A stretch of 64,000 nucleotides of DNA from Trichoplax sp. H2. Taxonomy: Eukaryota. A model generated the notes under the pieces. The model ran no database searches. It saw only the letters and a program-made list of their open reading frames with translations, and was not told the DNA's origin. Positions 13,786-33,700 of this stretch are shown here, in pieces. Within the stretch, counting starts at the first letter, position 1, and every line of letters starts with the position of its first letter. The position numbers and the translations under genes are program-made. The stretch is from positions 124,001-188,000 of the forward strand of contig NOWV01000012.1 of assembly GCA_003344405.1 (NCBI GenBank), in the 5' to 3' direction.

Positions 13786-15030
13786 TACGGTAAGATTCGG
13801 AAAACAATTAAACATAATGATAAACATCGCTGCTACACGTTAAACATTAAATCATGAGAAATAATTTATAACCGGCCAGCTTTTAAAGTTTTTAATACTC
13901 CTCGGGTTCATAAGCCTAAAGCTTAACTAATGCGTGATTATAATAACCTTGTTATTTATATTAAGTAAAGGTACCAATAACATATATACTACAATGACCA
14001 CCTTAAGCCAAACTGTGGCTTTCTAGGGCTAATGAATAACACAAAATAATATAAGAGTATTTTATGAAAATCTTTTGAAACTTTTTCTGTTTAGAAGTGT
14101 ATGATAAAATACTGATAAAGCCTATCAATAAATAAGAGGCCTCATTTATAACTGCAATATTTATTTACTTATGTAGACTAAATAGCACTGATCTATTTCA
14201 ATATTTTTTGACTAGATGATGTATAAAATCATAACTAACCTGAGCTCCTAACTCTACGATGGTGCAAGCCTAACAATACCATGCATACAGCAAAACCAAT
14301 AATAATTTAAGATGAACAAAATTTTCCTTAAGGAGCCATTTACGAGAGATTCTGACTATTTATCACCATAATTGATTCCCAACATACGTACTATTTATCG
14401 CTACCAATGCTGCTAATACGGAATCTCATAAACAATTTGATCCACGTTCACAATAGCCGATTCATTGATTTAAGCAGATCACGTTACTAAATTAATCATG
14501 ATCCGATTTAACAGGGCACTTACTAAGTAGCTCAGGCCTGCTTGTATAGACTTAACATTTAATCAGTTTAAAATGATTTTGCTAATTTTGCAGTATAGAC
14601 ATACATGCAAAGCTGATTTGTGATTTTTCGTCTTATCTATAATAAAATGTACATGATTGTTACAACGTCTCTTACAACTCTTAAGATTTGTAATAGCAAA
14701 TACTGCACTTGGATATCAGCTAGCTTATAGTTGAGTATACAGTACGTATACAAGTAAGAAATCATATCACGTTTGACTAAGATGGCGTGACATTGATTGC
14801 CATAAAAGTAATAGAGTACGAAATTAGAAAGAAAATGTAATTTATTGTCGCAGATTGCTTACAGTACCTATAATTTTTTTTAAGTGTTACTAAAATAATA
14901 GTCAATAAAGTAGGCCTCAGATGGAGTATTACTTAAAATGCTGCTGATAATTATTGAAGCCTTTCGATATACTGTACGAGTGTAAGTGTACGTTTGGCAT
15001 GTAATTTAACAAAATATTATTTATTACAAA

Positions 15031-20073
<5,043 letters not shown>

Positions 20074-20343
20074 TTTCCTAGTGTTTAGTATGACTTCAAT
20101 GCTGTCCTGGCGGAATTATTAATAAAATAAGCGAAATGCAACTGGAGTTTCAAAGGGCCAACTTGGATTTGCTTTCAAGTTTAAAGGGAAGTGTGCGTTT
20201 TGATTGTCGTCTTATGCCTAAAACGGTATCCAGTTTTGATGCACAGTAACAAGCTGTGCATAAAAAGTGTCCCACACACCCAGGCGACAGTAGCGTAAAA
20301 TTCAGACCATACAGGACTAGAGACGGTGAGTTAGTGTCATGGG

Positions 20344-20525
20344 TGTACAGTATACAGTATACACTGGGTGTGCACTGTGCGGTAAAAGCTGGGAGTTGAC
20401 ACTCTCGACTGGAGTACAGTACTGTACTGTAGCTACATGGACTAAAGTACTGTACTGGATGCCCTATGGCATCTACTGTACAAAGTACTGTAACTGATGG
20501 CTAATATACTGTATACAGTGCTGTA
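20344..20525. promoter_or_regulatory. TACAG/CTGTA tract upstream of YARS1
   Basis: GTACAGTATACAGTATACACTG...GTACAGTACTGTACTGTA about 270-450 bp upstream of the ATG. Confidence 0.55.
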
Positions 20526-22285
20526 AGGACCTTTTCTAAAATGATGTCACCCCGTTAGGGTAAGATAGATATTGTACTGGCTGACTATACAACCTTAATT
20601 AATTAAAACAAAATAAAGAGAAACGAAGTAAAAAATAACTTTTTCAGCTTATAAACAAACACGGGTTGTTGAAGGAGTTCGATAAAGCATATTAGTATTG
20701 GGTAATCTATGGATACGTTCCCTTATTAATGAAAGTACAGTACTACCAATCAACATTCCTTCTTATCCTTTCGACTTTAATTCATTCTAAAATGATAGAT
20801 AGCTTAGTCTAAACGAGTTATGAAATCTTTAAACTGAGCTGCTGTAGATAAAAGTCATTTCACAGTCGGTAATACGTAAAAATACCTCAAATATATATTG
20901 TTGTATTATATAGAGACTGTACTACTATCCTATCACAGATTGCATAATTTATACTGAAATTTGCAATAGCATATTGGTAAATATGAAATTATACAGTGGT
21001 AATTTTCTCTTAAAACAATCAGCGTCTTCTCAAGAGAATGGCATCGGTTGCACTCACTCCAGTAGATAGGTGATCGAAGACAATCCAGTCCAGTACAGTA
21101 CTGTATTTGCCAATCAACGTCAATTTGCAGTATACGAGCGTACAGTACAGTAACACTTAGTACTACTGCATATTTACTGATAATTGCGACCAGCATTCTG
21201 CAAAATTATTTAACGCGTAATTTTATCTATCTAAAAGTTTTGTAGCACAGTACAGTAATTTCAACTGAATAATTACAACATTTGTACAGGATATGAAAAT
21301 ATGCGATCAAATATTTGATGCTTTCTGTAATTATAATTACACAATATTATTACACTTAAGTTATAATGCTATCACATATTGCACTTTTGCTTTCTATAGA
21401 TTACTGTACATATCATAATAAAGCATATACTAATCAATTTTAGCCAGGCATGACTATTACAAGTCATTCCCATGTACTGTAAATACCAATCAGTAATATT
21501 AGTATACTAGTATATGGTACTATCGATGATAGTGACGGATTTTTACTAGTTTCCTCTTAAAATTAGAAGTTCCTGGTATACTTCTGTAGCGTATAGAACG
21601 GTTTTAGAGCACCACTTACGATGAGAATTTGATCCGCACACACATCTCGTCTGTTCATTGAGCGTTGCAATTTCTGGACTAAAGCAGCAACTGTAAACTT
21701 ATTTAATATGCACACCCAATGAAAAGATCAGGATTACATAAGAAATAAGCTTGACATAAATCCCTGTTTGCAGTAATACACGGCACAAGTAGAGACGCAG
21801 TAAAATATTTAGTTATAAGGGAAATGCAGTGTACAAACGTACCGGCGGTATGTGTCCGTATAGTATAATACCACAAGTGGAAAATCTCTTCTGCATTGTA
21901 TACATAGTAATTTTATCAAATGTTACAGATGTATTACTTTTCAAAAATTTTATTGTTCGACGTTCCTAATAGTCATTGAACACATTGCTTTATCAAAGTT
22001 TACTTAACAGCAAAAATAGCTTTTGTAACACTAATCCAACATGAAGGTAATTGTACATCAAACAGCAGCATTTATACGAATTAGGATCATAATCAATTCG
22101 TATTTTCAGTTTATAGCGCAAGGCATGCATTAAATAATAAAAATACAATAATGTCGAAACCAGGATCTAAACAGTACATTCATTAGGTCTCAGACGTTGA
22201 AAGAGATTTAGATTGACATAGGTCAAATCAAATAGAGAGATCAAATTACTTAAATGCATCCATCTCAATCGAAGCAAAACGTTGA

Positions 22286-24536
22286 TTACAGTTTCTTCTT
22301 ATTATTCTTCACACCATATAAACTACTTTTCTCCGACATTGTAAAATTACGCGCTATCAATCCACCTATAATAACTATAAATTAAAAATGCAATGTTATC
22401 AATCCTTTCTCTAAAATAGTTGAAACAACATAGCGCAAATACTAACATTCAAATGATAAAACAATAAGAAACTCAATCGTTACACAATACTAAGATCAAA
22501 GATACTTACTCAATAAGGAAAATACACCAGACGAGACTAATGCAACTCTAGATCCACTAATAATGGCAGGAATTAAATAAAATACTAACGAAACTAAAAC
22601 AATTGTCCACCAAATTGTAGTTAATAGGAAAGTAGTACGGTTACGATGGGCGTAACACCTAGGCCAACCAACAGTACCTTTTTGCAAATATTCATCCATC
22701 AATTGATCCTACAAGCATCATTCTTAATTAGATACAACGATTATATGTATATTATGTTAAATCATTCAGGTATCATACCTTTGTCACGTATAATTCCCTT
22801 AAAAATTTTGTGCAAGCTTGTTCGTCATCTTCACCTCGTATCACAGAGATCGGAAGGCGCCTAAATTCAGGCAAAAAATAGTATTTAAGATCTTCATTAC
22901 TTGAATTAACGAGGATCAAAACTAATATTTTTGTATCTGGACCAGTAGAAATGCTTTGATATCGTGTATCTAAGCGAGAATATAAAGGACGGTAGGTTCT
23001 TATACATAATTATAGTTACCTTACAAGAAGAACTATTTTACAAGGTTTGCAGAACAACAAGTGCATTAGGCTAGGCAACGTATCGGGAAATATGAAAGTG
23101 GTATCGTAGATTGCATCACCTGGTGGTTTGGTAGCCAAATCGTAAAGAAATTTTTATGAATAATTCAATATATCTAAAGAATGATATACAGTTTTATATA
23201 ATGGAGTTATTGCTAACATTTTTCCTTTAGACAACTATATGCAAGTGTAAAGCCCTTAACACGAGGCTGCATGTGGTGTTTAAGAACTGGAAGGCCATTT
23301 TTTTTTGCAAATTCAACACTTTTTAGGTATTTTTCTTTCGTGTACCTTGTACCTTCTGCAAATATTGTTAACTTTAAAATAAAATTTACAATCAGACTAG
23401 CAACGTGGGAAAAGACGAGTAACACCAAGATGATTTATAAATGCGGTAAATACTTATAGTATTACCCATAAAGGAAAAGGCCCTTCTTTCAGACTTTTTA
23501 ACTGCCGTTCCAGAGATATAGAATCTTTAGCCCAGTCCCTCTTAACAAAGAGATGTTCTAAGTTCCAGAAAGAGAAACCGAGTAGGGGGACGTACTTTAT
23601 TGCTGATTTCAAATAGCATTTTGTAGCCTTCAATTCAAATATATTTCAAATATGTTTCAAATGTAAGTATTTACCGTAATAAATAAATAGATGCTGATTT
23701 TTCATGTACTTCTTTCGAGTTATTGAGTGAAAAATGCAACTTTTTCATTGCGTTTTAAACATTATAACATGTGAGACATGAAGAAATAGTACTTTCGTAT
23801 GATAAATGTGCACGTGATAAAGTAAGGTTATAGATTATAATATATTAATTATACTGTAAATCCGAATATTTACCGGCACCATATTAAACCTATCAGCGAA
23901 CGTCAGGCCAATCAGCCAGTCAACATCGCTACGATGATTTGCGACAATCAGTGCATTTTCCTTTCCGAAATATTTATCATCATCATTCGGGCAATAAACT
24001 TCCCATTCTAAGCCACTCCAGAATTCAGGCAATGCCGTTAAATCTATACAAATAAGTTATCATTTTTATTATAGAGCACAACATATGCGTTTTGTAGGTT
24101 GTAAAGAGATGCAACTCTTTGATATCGTATGTGTATGTAGTCAATAGTTTATATAATCTGCAGTAAAAAGTACTAGAACAGCACATAAGATAGACAACAG
24201 AAGGTACGATATTGTAGAGCTGTACATTCTTACATGATGCAGCACCATAACTCTTTCACTGCATGAATAGAGAAAATATAATTGATTCATCTGCAGTATA
24301 AAGTAATAGCATCACTGTATTAATGATTACAATACTACTGTACATAAGATACTGTACTTACTTGCAAGCCATAGGCGACCTATTGCCATAGATACGTGTC
24401 TATAATATACTTTAGATATTGGCCAAAGAACTAACGAAAGGATATGAAAAATGCATGCAAACGTTCCGCTAACAAAAAAGACGGTTGCATACAAGAACCA
24501 AGCCAATGGTGATTTCTTAAAAGCCGTAAGCGCCAT
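22286..24536 (-). CDS. AGPAT3: 1-acylglycerol-3-phosphate O-acyltransferase, AGPAT3/AGPAT4 group
   Basis: Catalytic NHRSDVD (NHX4D), FVKRDWAKD, FAEGTR and PRVKGF motifs; C-terminal TM helices and KKKL* dilysine ER signal. Probable non-coding first exon ending at a GTGAGT donor near 26651 and spliced to an acceptor near 24561. Confidence 0.88.
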
Positions 24537-26939
24537 TATTTCAATCCACTGAATCGGCACTGTGAAAAGCAATGAGTGTGCAAAATAAGTACATTTTATG
24601 TACGCCTGTAATAGAGATTTAATTGGTACTCGCCCCACTCTTGAATCATGATAACTCTCAGGACATACGAGTAACAGTAATGGAAAGCAGCTACATCAAC
24701 AATCACGAACAAATCAAATGTCTATGTTTAACTATGCAAATCACAAACCAAAATTAATTGTAACTCCATTTAAGCACTGATCCTTAAATAGCTTATAGTA
24801 TCGTAGAACGAGCATCTAAAGTTACTTCATTTCAAAATCAGCGAAATATCTGACTATCACAATTCAGTCACTCATGCAAAATGACATTATTCCTATAAAC
24901 ACAACTTAAGGGTATGCATGCATAATTACTGTAGATAGCACGATCAGCACGAAGTTAACAAAAGAAGACTCAAAGCCTAGCACATATGCTGTTTACTATC
25001 TGCCTTGATACATATACCCATACTGTACAGTTCTCAACATTATAACATGGTGCAATTTTAGTTGAAGAATCTGTTGTGCGCTGATTTTCGTTGTTTTTAT
25101 CTCACTCGTACTAATGAAGCTTACGCACAGTAACGATGATTATCTTAACCTATCATACAGAGTACTTTTGCACCTGAGATGCAATTACCGCAGTTTAGCA
25201 TGCAAATAAATAAATAAATACGTCAAATCATAGTTGAAATGAGGCGTTGTACTATACACGTATGAGTGAGTATGGTGCAGACGGCAGTGTTTACTATTTA
25301 ATGTTAAGGTTTTTCTCGCGTTGTAAAAGGCAGTTGCCCGATTGGACGCATCCGCAGGTAAATAACAGGCTTCTGAATACAGTAAGTAGTAGTGTCCTGC
25401 ATTTGACTAAATGTTGATTCCAACATTTGCGCAGTCACGCCTCATGCATACGTTAAATCAAATAAATTAAATTAAAAAAAAAAATTAAATTTATTTTGCG
25501 ATAGATTATAGAATATACATGTTAGACACTAAAGAATTACCATAGAGGTTTTACGTCCATGAATCAGTCGACTCAGAAAAAGTTCAAAAATATATTAGTA
25601 CTTTGCGCATAACACATGCATGTCAATATTGAATGGTGTACTATTAATGGCATAGTTTAGCTCATAAAGAATTGATGCAAAGATATACTGCTCTAGATCC
25701 AGTATGCACTATTGCAGATTTCACTATTAGCACGTCGAGTAACCAATAATTCATATTATGCGACTCAGGCGAATTGCAATATTGTAACACTGTGAATAAT
25801 GATCAAGCTAGCTTTCATACCGACGTTTGGGAAATAAAATTCGATGCATCCAATGTTTATTAAGGAATATAACACCATTGAGCAAATGCTTGCCAGCAAG
25901 TATACATCAACCGTTTCAAAGTGCTGTCGGTATTGCTTTAAACTAAACTACAGCACTGTATTTATTTACAGTTGAATGCTAAACAAATAAATGTTCAGTC
26001 TTCTACAGCAGAATCGATCATTCTGCGATCGCGGTCCGGTCGATATTGAGCTAATTTATTCTATAGCAAAAGATTCTGCATGATTGACTACCACCCTGCT
26101 ACCTATAACGATGGATAGATCAGCTATTCGATAATGTGCGGTGCAATAGGAGTGTAGTATTGCATTGCCTTTAGACACTTTGCCATATTGTTTTGAAGTA
26201 CCGTACTGCTAGGGAAAAATTGTATGCGTAGGTGCAGTAAGTTAAAAATTGGTGAAAGCGTAGCAGCAGGGACTTTCTTAAACCATCAATATACAGTACA
26301 GTACAGTACTGTACTGTACAGGAGGATAAAGTGACCTCGATGCAAGTGTAGGTGTCGTGTAGTGCGATCAATGCTATTGCACTCGACATACTGTAATACA
26401 GTGCGACCACTGTCGTTAGCCTTTGTACTACTGTATATTGGCATAGGAGGGTATATCTACAGTAGTAGTCCATAAAGGGACTAGCCAGATCCTCCAAAAT
26501 AGTAAATTGCAGCGGATGCTATCAATATTATCTGCACATGTGTTCATGTTCCTATTGCATTGATGTAGGCTATAAAAATCACTTTCTCAACGATGCCAAT
26601 GCTTGTATATACAGATGACATCAATAACAAGAAGAAAGGATCTTAACTCACCTCAAGTTGTGGATGTTACAGTAATCTTCAAACGCTCATCCAAACATGC
26701 AGACTTGCAAAATGTTAATCGCAATACTCGTGCATTCGCTTCCAGACAGTTGCAAGTGTTGAGCTTTTAAATCATCCGACCTCAGTTGATATACGATAGT
26801 TGTTGATATATACGTGACAGATACAGTACTGTGATGCACCGTGTTGTGACTTGTGACCCCTCGTGACCTCTGAATCTGATTCACGCAGCAGAGTTCATGT
26901 ACACTGATACGAGACTCTGAACCACATAGAGTACGTTGC

Positions 26940-27235
26940 TACAATGCACAGTACAATGTGGTAATCTGTACTGTGCACTGTACACTGTACAGTTCTTTTA
27001 TCAGTCCGCGCAGATGTCGACCAAAAGCTGCTGACGTGTGATTGATTGCTAGGCGAAGTACTGTACTGTACAGTACACTGTACTGTACATAGTCATTAAC
27101 AGTACTGTACTGTACAGTGTACAGTACTGTACGTACAGTATTAGAAAAGATACCGGTAATTTTTCGACTAGCCTATTAGGTTATACTGTACTGTACAGTC
27201 ATATAATGAAACTACAGGAATTACTGTACAGTAAA
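26940..27235. promoter_or_regulatory. TACAG/CTGTA tract in the divergent AGPAT3-SRA1 promoter
   Basis: GTACTGTACTGTACAGTACACTGTACTGTAC etc. between head-to-head genes. Confidence 0.6.
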
Positions 27236-27365
27236 GTAATTAATAATAACTATTGAACCACGGCAGGCTAAACGAATCAATCAACGAACGAACCAACCAA
27301 CGCACGATCGACTGGAAAACGGAATCCCAGTGACTATCGCTGCTCAATCCTGGTTCAAGAACAAG

Positions 27366-30314
27366 ATGTCAGGTATCTACTAGTAGAGCTTCATATAAAA
27401 TCTCTCTCAGTCTCTCTGCTTTCCTTAAACCCTGCTAAAATAGACGCTGTGCAAATAGGGTACAACCCTAAAATCAATTTGTTAAGAATGTGAATGAATT
27501 GAAAAGGTTGTTTCCAAAATTATTCCTGGGAATTAAATTTCCCTTTAATGCTCGCATAAGTACAGCACTGCTGTACTTATGAATGATGCAGTGATACGTG
27601 TATGTACAATATACAGTATACACGTACGCGTATATATCTATATAAAGTATAATTAGAATAATTATAATTAATGTAACATTAGTCGGAATAGCATAAACAT
27701 CAATATAACTATGACAAAATATGTGTATAAAGGCGATATTGAGTTCAATAAAGTTAAAGTATATTCTAGATAATAATTAGTAAGAATTAAATTGAGCTTG
27801 TATTATTATATGGGATGTTATGCTAATATCATGGATTGTCAGATATGGTTTAAGACAAGTTCCGACGAATTACTTCGTGTGATCAATCCCGATACGTATA
27901 GTATACATCGCATAAAACTATGGAGAGAAATTCCATACTTATGACTAACAAATATCATTTTATGTAATGGAAGTGTGCCTATGTTGTGCTATATCCCTGC
28001 TACATCGTGTGTATGGACGAATGCAAGAGAACATGCCTCTATTTTTTAGTTCCTGGCGCCATCACCAATAACACTTCCATTATGTCTACTCCATGCAAAT
28101 TTCGATCGTTTCTTTGAAGGCTAAATGTTGACATATACTCGTCCAACCTATTTGCTTTGCTACTCAATTAAATTTGAGTACAGGCGGTAGATGCTTTAAG
28201 GGGTATCATGCAATACTCTGGTTACTGATTCTTATCATTCCACCTATACCGTATTGGCCAAAGATATCTTATCTAAAGTATAATTTGAATATGCCATTTG
28301 CAATAATTATTTTGACTCTACTGCAGACTACAGTCTGTGGATGAAAAACTGTGCTATGCAATGCTGTCAATTTGGAAACTGGTAGGGAACTTCATCGCCT
28401 TTATAAATCATTATACGTTTACTCTTATAAAGTTCCATTAATACAGGCATGGTGATAATCATCAGTAAAAATTATAGACAGCATAAAAGAAACAGCTTTT
28501 CCTTTTACTTCTATAACGCATATTATCATTAGACTTGCCGTCAGCCAATAATCCTTACTTAAGTTCTAGTTTGTAATGTCTTCGTCACCAATCTTAATTT
28601 GTAACACTTAGGGAGACCGACAGTGCGAATTACTATAGCTAGCTCATAAGAACATTCACGAATACCCTATCCTATTATATAATTATAGGCCAGGAACCGT
28701 TTGTTATAGCAACCATTTCAAAGGACGTGAATATGGAAGCGGAATCTCGATATTCAGCTATTTTATAAGAATCATTTCAATGCGTCTACGTAGAAATCAA
28801 TTCGAGTACAAATGGAACAGAGACTACTATGAAAGCCCTAGCTAAGCTATAACAACAAAAACACCACGAAACCCATTTTCGTGATAGTCAGCTTACAGTG
28901 GCCATTCATAAAGAAAAACTCTTATATATACGATTTACGATACGGTAGATAAACGAAAATACTATATCAAGTTCTAGAATTTATACTTTTATCTTGACTG
29001 CTTGTAGAATGCAATATATTCGAAAATGAGTTTCATTTTTTATGGATACGCATATTTATTTAGGCTTTAAAGCAACTATCCCATAATATCAAATCTAAAC
29101 TATACTATAGCAATATGATTGTACTTGTTCAATTGATAATAAGTCTTTAATCAATATTATTATTAATAATGGTAACAGAACGAGGATGGAATGATCCGCC
29201 TGATTTTTTATTCCAAAATAACAAACCTACAAGTGATGTACCACGACTATACCGCTTATATGGCAAAAGGCAAACGCCTTCGAGTGCGATTCCTGCCAAT
29301 AACCGTAAGTTGAAATCGATATAATCTTAAGTCAAAAATATTATGAATATATGGAATCACTTTTCGATACTTTTTTAAATTCTATATCTGACAGTCACCA
29401 CAAATTTCTTAAACAAAGACAATGGACCCCCAATTTCCGTAGCTCCTCCTATCATTCATACAGATAAATCGAAAGAAAACAATCTCGCCGACGATACTAG
29501 TCATCAATCCTTGTCCTCAACTACTAGTGTAAGCCTCACTGTTGATGAAATGACCGGATGCCTTAAAAATATGTTGGATAAATGTAAAGAATCGTTGGAT
29601 GTAAGCGATTATGTTCTAATTCATGTCTTAAATAACTCAAATAACACACTGTATAACATTACCTAGTTATGCCAGTGCTATAGTTACAGTATACGAGTAT
29701 ATATACAAAGATTATAATTTGATGCACCAGTGTGCTAGAATATTGCTTACAGCAATTGACTCACAGGTTGTATACCGCTTTAAAATTTTCATGTTGTCAT
29801 TTGACGCGATACTTTTTATCATTAGGTAGAGGCGATAGCTGATATCGAGAAAAGATTGCAGGAAATGGAGTCCAAATGGCGTTCAAATCTACTATCAAAA
29901 TCTACCATTGATGCATTATCGACAATTTATGATGGTGAGACTAAGAAATTCCGGCAATTTTCACTTTATGTCTAGCAGGATTATTTACTTTTATTGTAAA
30001 AGTAAATCTTTCTGATGCAAAAGTGCAGCTGCTCTTGTTAATAACTGTAATCATTCTAAATTTATAGCAATAAAGGATGGTAGCAATTATGAGAAAGCCA
30101 GCGAAGTCTGTACTGCTTTGGCTAAGAACAATGTTGAAGAAGTAATTTTTAATTAGTAGTACTGTATTTAATATCAAACAATCGAGTCTATAAAATTATG
30201 TTCCTACAACTCGAAAATGACATCGCTTTGATTCTCTCAATAATAATTTTTTATCATGGAAAGGTTGGTCCTTGGATACCTGGAATACACCGACTGATAC
30301 AACAACGTCTTTGA
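27366..30314 (+). CDS. SRA1: Steroid receptor RNA activator protein (SRAP/SRA1)
   Basis: ATGTCAG (27366-27372) spliced to 29179 gives MSERGWNDPP, the SRA1 signature GWNDPP. C-terminal exons DIEKRLQEMESKW...YEKASEVC...VEE|VGPWIPGIHRLI. Exons 29179-29304, 29395-29600, 29826-29934, 30068-30141, 30264-30314. Confidence 0.82.
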
Positions 30315-30796
30315 GTCTCATCGCCTTTCTACTATGACTTTTATGTAGAACATTTATGAGACATATATATGTATTTTTCATACTAGGAGATTTCGTCATA
30401 TAGTACAAAAGATATGACTGTTATACAATGTAATGCATCGAAGTGATATTATAAGCCATACGAGTGTTAAATCAAGAATAAGCAGGTTTTAAATTTCATC
30501 TAATATATAACATAATTACTTCACTGCTTCTGTTACCTCCCTTACTCGAAATAATGTTATATTATATTATTACCTCTAAAGACTCGATAGTTGTATTTCT
30601 TACAGTAGATATGACTTTACTGTAACTATGAAGTATGACTGTATACCTATGAACGACTTCAGCACCTTCTTTGCCATTGTATAAGACATTGATTTGGTCA
30701 GCCATTATAACATTTTATTATATCTATTATTGCAATCTGAAAGCTAACACCATATCTATCATTAATACAGTAGAAAACTAGTTCCATGTATTGTGT

Positions 30797-33700
30797 TCAC
30801 ATTTCATTAGGTTTCAGTGATGAAGTTGTACTCGTATTTTCATCCTCATTATCTTCCATTTGGATTTCTTCGTTTTCTTCGCAGCCGGAAAATCCAGCAT
30901 TCTCTCCAGTTTCTTTACCATTCTTTTGCGGAGAAGTATCATCGATAATGATATCTTCAGGATCAGGAGGAGAAGGAATAAACTCTTCATTAGGACAAAT
31001 GTTATGGTACATATTTTCTGCCTAAATAAGCATAGTAAATACACGAATGGTGTCAAAAAATAACTTTTGCAGAACAACGTCATTTAAAACTAGTCCGCTA
31101 TAACACCTAGATTCATAGACCAGCTAAAGTATATTAGACGTAATATACGATTACTCAAGAACTAATCACCAATCAAATCAATCAGTAAAGTGATTGATCT
31201 TGAGAGTATTAGATAACACAAGACATGTACCTTTGCTACGATAGATTTAAAACTCATTTCGCTATCTATTGGATCTACGGTTAAAATATTTGATGGCAGT
31301 CTCTCCTTCACATTGTAACCAATTTGATTAAAATAAGTACACCATAAGACTTTTGGCTTTTTGTTACCATCTTTACCTAATAAGATTAACAAATTTGTTA
31401 CCAAAGCTGCTAAAACACTCAATATATTTAAATATAGTATTCCACCAACAGCGATTCTAACTAATTAGCAATACATATTATGTCTAGTTTTACATTCTAA
31501 TGCTTAGTATTGTGTGGAAATTTTCCATACCAACTTTAAATTTAATAAGTCAGTAAAAGTATTACGCACCACTTTTGTTTCATTATGTATATGAAGAGTT
31601 ACCTGAATTTTCTTCAAAATTAAATAAAGAGTCGGTAACTTCTTGTAGATCATCTTTAGCATTCGATTTCATTAAGCAGGTTAGGTGCACGATATCTATA
31701 GATTGAATATAAATTTTAAGCTGTAAGATATCGAATAAGGTAGCAAGTTACTACTAGCAACAGAGTAATGACCATGTTGATTTCCTTTCACTCGAGTTGC
31801 CTGCTGATTCTTATGACAGTAATAATAATTATAATATATTATATAATCAAGTGTACTTCAGTATACATTGTAAACTTACACAATCCCTCAGGACATGCCA
31901 TAGAGCCAGCAGAAATTTCTAGTCCACGTATTAAATAACTAAGATCACTGGAAGGTAGGGAGAATAAAATCACCTAAGTAAATGAAAAATAGATAAGTTA
32001 CATTTTTCTTATCGTAATACTTATATAGTGAAGGCTCAATTAATTATCTTATACCAATTTATATTTCGAAGTTACAGTCATGCCTACCTCATCTGTTTCA
32101 GTAGGGTAAATTGATTTGTTGGTAATAAATATAGCTCGAGATATTGATTTTTCTTTATCGGGTTCATCAGATAAAAGGGCAGACGGTAAATAACTACTGT
32201 CAATGATGACATTACTGCAAAAGAGTACAACTATATTAGTGCGCATAATTACATAAGTAAAGCTATTACACTTAATGAATTTGCACCAGATCTCCTTACA
32301 TTACCTGCAGGATATTTTCTGCCCTTCATCAGTAATAATTCCTGTACATCTGTATTCGTACATACATTAAATTATCAATGGTGGATGCTTTAATTTATAA
32401 TTAGTCAACACTTATCTCTACTTTCTTTACGGCATACCTATTCGAAGTCTCATCAATAATTAACGAAGGTACTGTCATCCGTAAGCAATAGATGCCACCA
32501 AAGACAGCGCAAAGTCTATGCATTTTGATCGATTTACATAGGGATTAATAACGGTGTATACACACGTAAACACTGTCGATAGCCTGATGTTAGTACGGAG
32601 ATTATTTTACGACACCATCTTACCGACAGAAAGCTTGCGGCAACTCTGCAACCCCATATAATGGCCACAGAAAAGGGGTTTCTCCAAATCGGCCGAGAGA
32701 CTGCAAAAAACATTGTGCAGCAGCTAATCCCTAAGTAAAAATTAGTTATTATTGAATTTAGACCAAAGTACTATAGCAACATTTCCCATAACCATATAAG
32801 AACAATATGACAAAATTATACAGTGTAGTGTTCTGATATAAAACTAAACACAATAAGTATCAGACACAATTTCTATAATTATTTGCTGAATTTGGTAGCA
32901 GTAATCGTATAAATTTGCCATCGTGTAAAGTGAAACAATACTAAGATGAATCAATTCAATTTCATTCGGCCTCAAATACCTCAATAGTTGTAACGTTTTT
33001 TTCCACCATTGCTATACAATGAATAATAAAATGTTGTAAATCCTCACTGAGACGCCAAGACTTGAGATAATCAGAAAAAGGTCGCTGTTCATATTCTGTT
33101 TAAAATCAGAAATCATTAATATAGCCACTACAATATAATAATACTTTGTCAGTTATACGATTTACGAGATTAATCGACGATATTCGATAATGTAAGTGTG
33201 AATATCAATAAGTATTCTCTAGGCTGAATTACGAGATATCATTGATGTAATTAATTTTTAAGACCTTTAAATTTATCTTCGTGCTTTTCATACTCTATGC
33301 AAAAGCTCAAAAATTTCATCAGCATTCTTTTTTCTAACATTGACATTAAATTGGTGGAAAAGACTTCAGATCTCGAACAAGGTACCTAGAACGTGAAGTA
33401 CGCCTTAAAGGTTTATCATTTACGGAAAACGTATAGGCTATTAGATGATTTTAATTTCGATCAAAAAAAGTAGAGGCTAATATCGAATTTTTAATACCTG
33501 GACGAGTCGATTGCCTCTATAAGTTAAAATTTTTGTTACACATTTGAATTCGACATAGCGAGCAACTTTGGACTTAATTAATAATTCCACAAGAGGTCCC
33601 CGGCACAACAATAACTTAACGAAGAAATAAAATGAATAAATATACAATTAAAGAGAGCATACAGTGTGAACAAAATTACTAGACTAATTATATAGGATAT

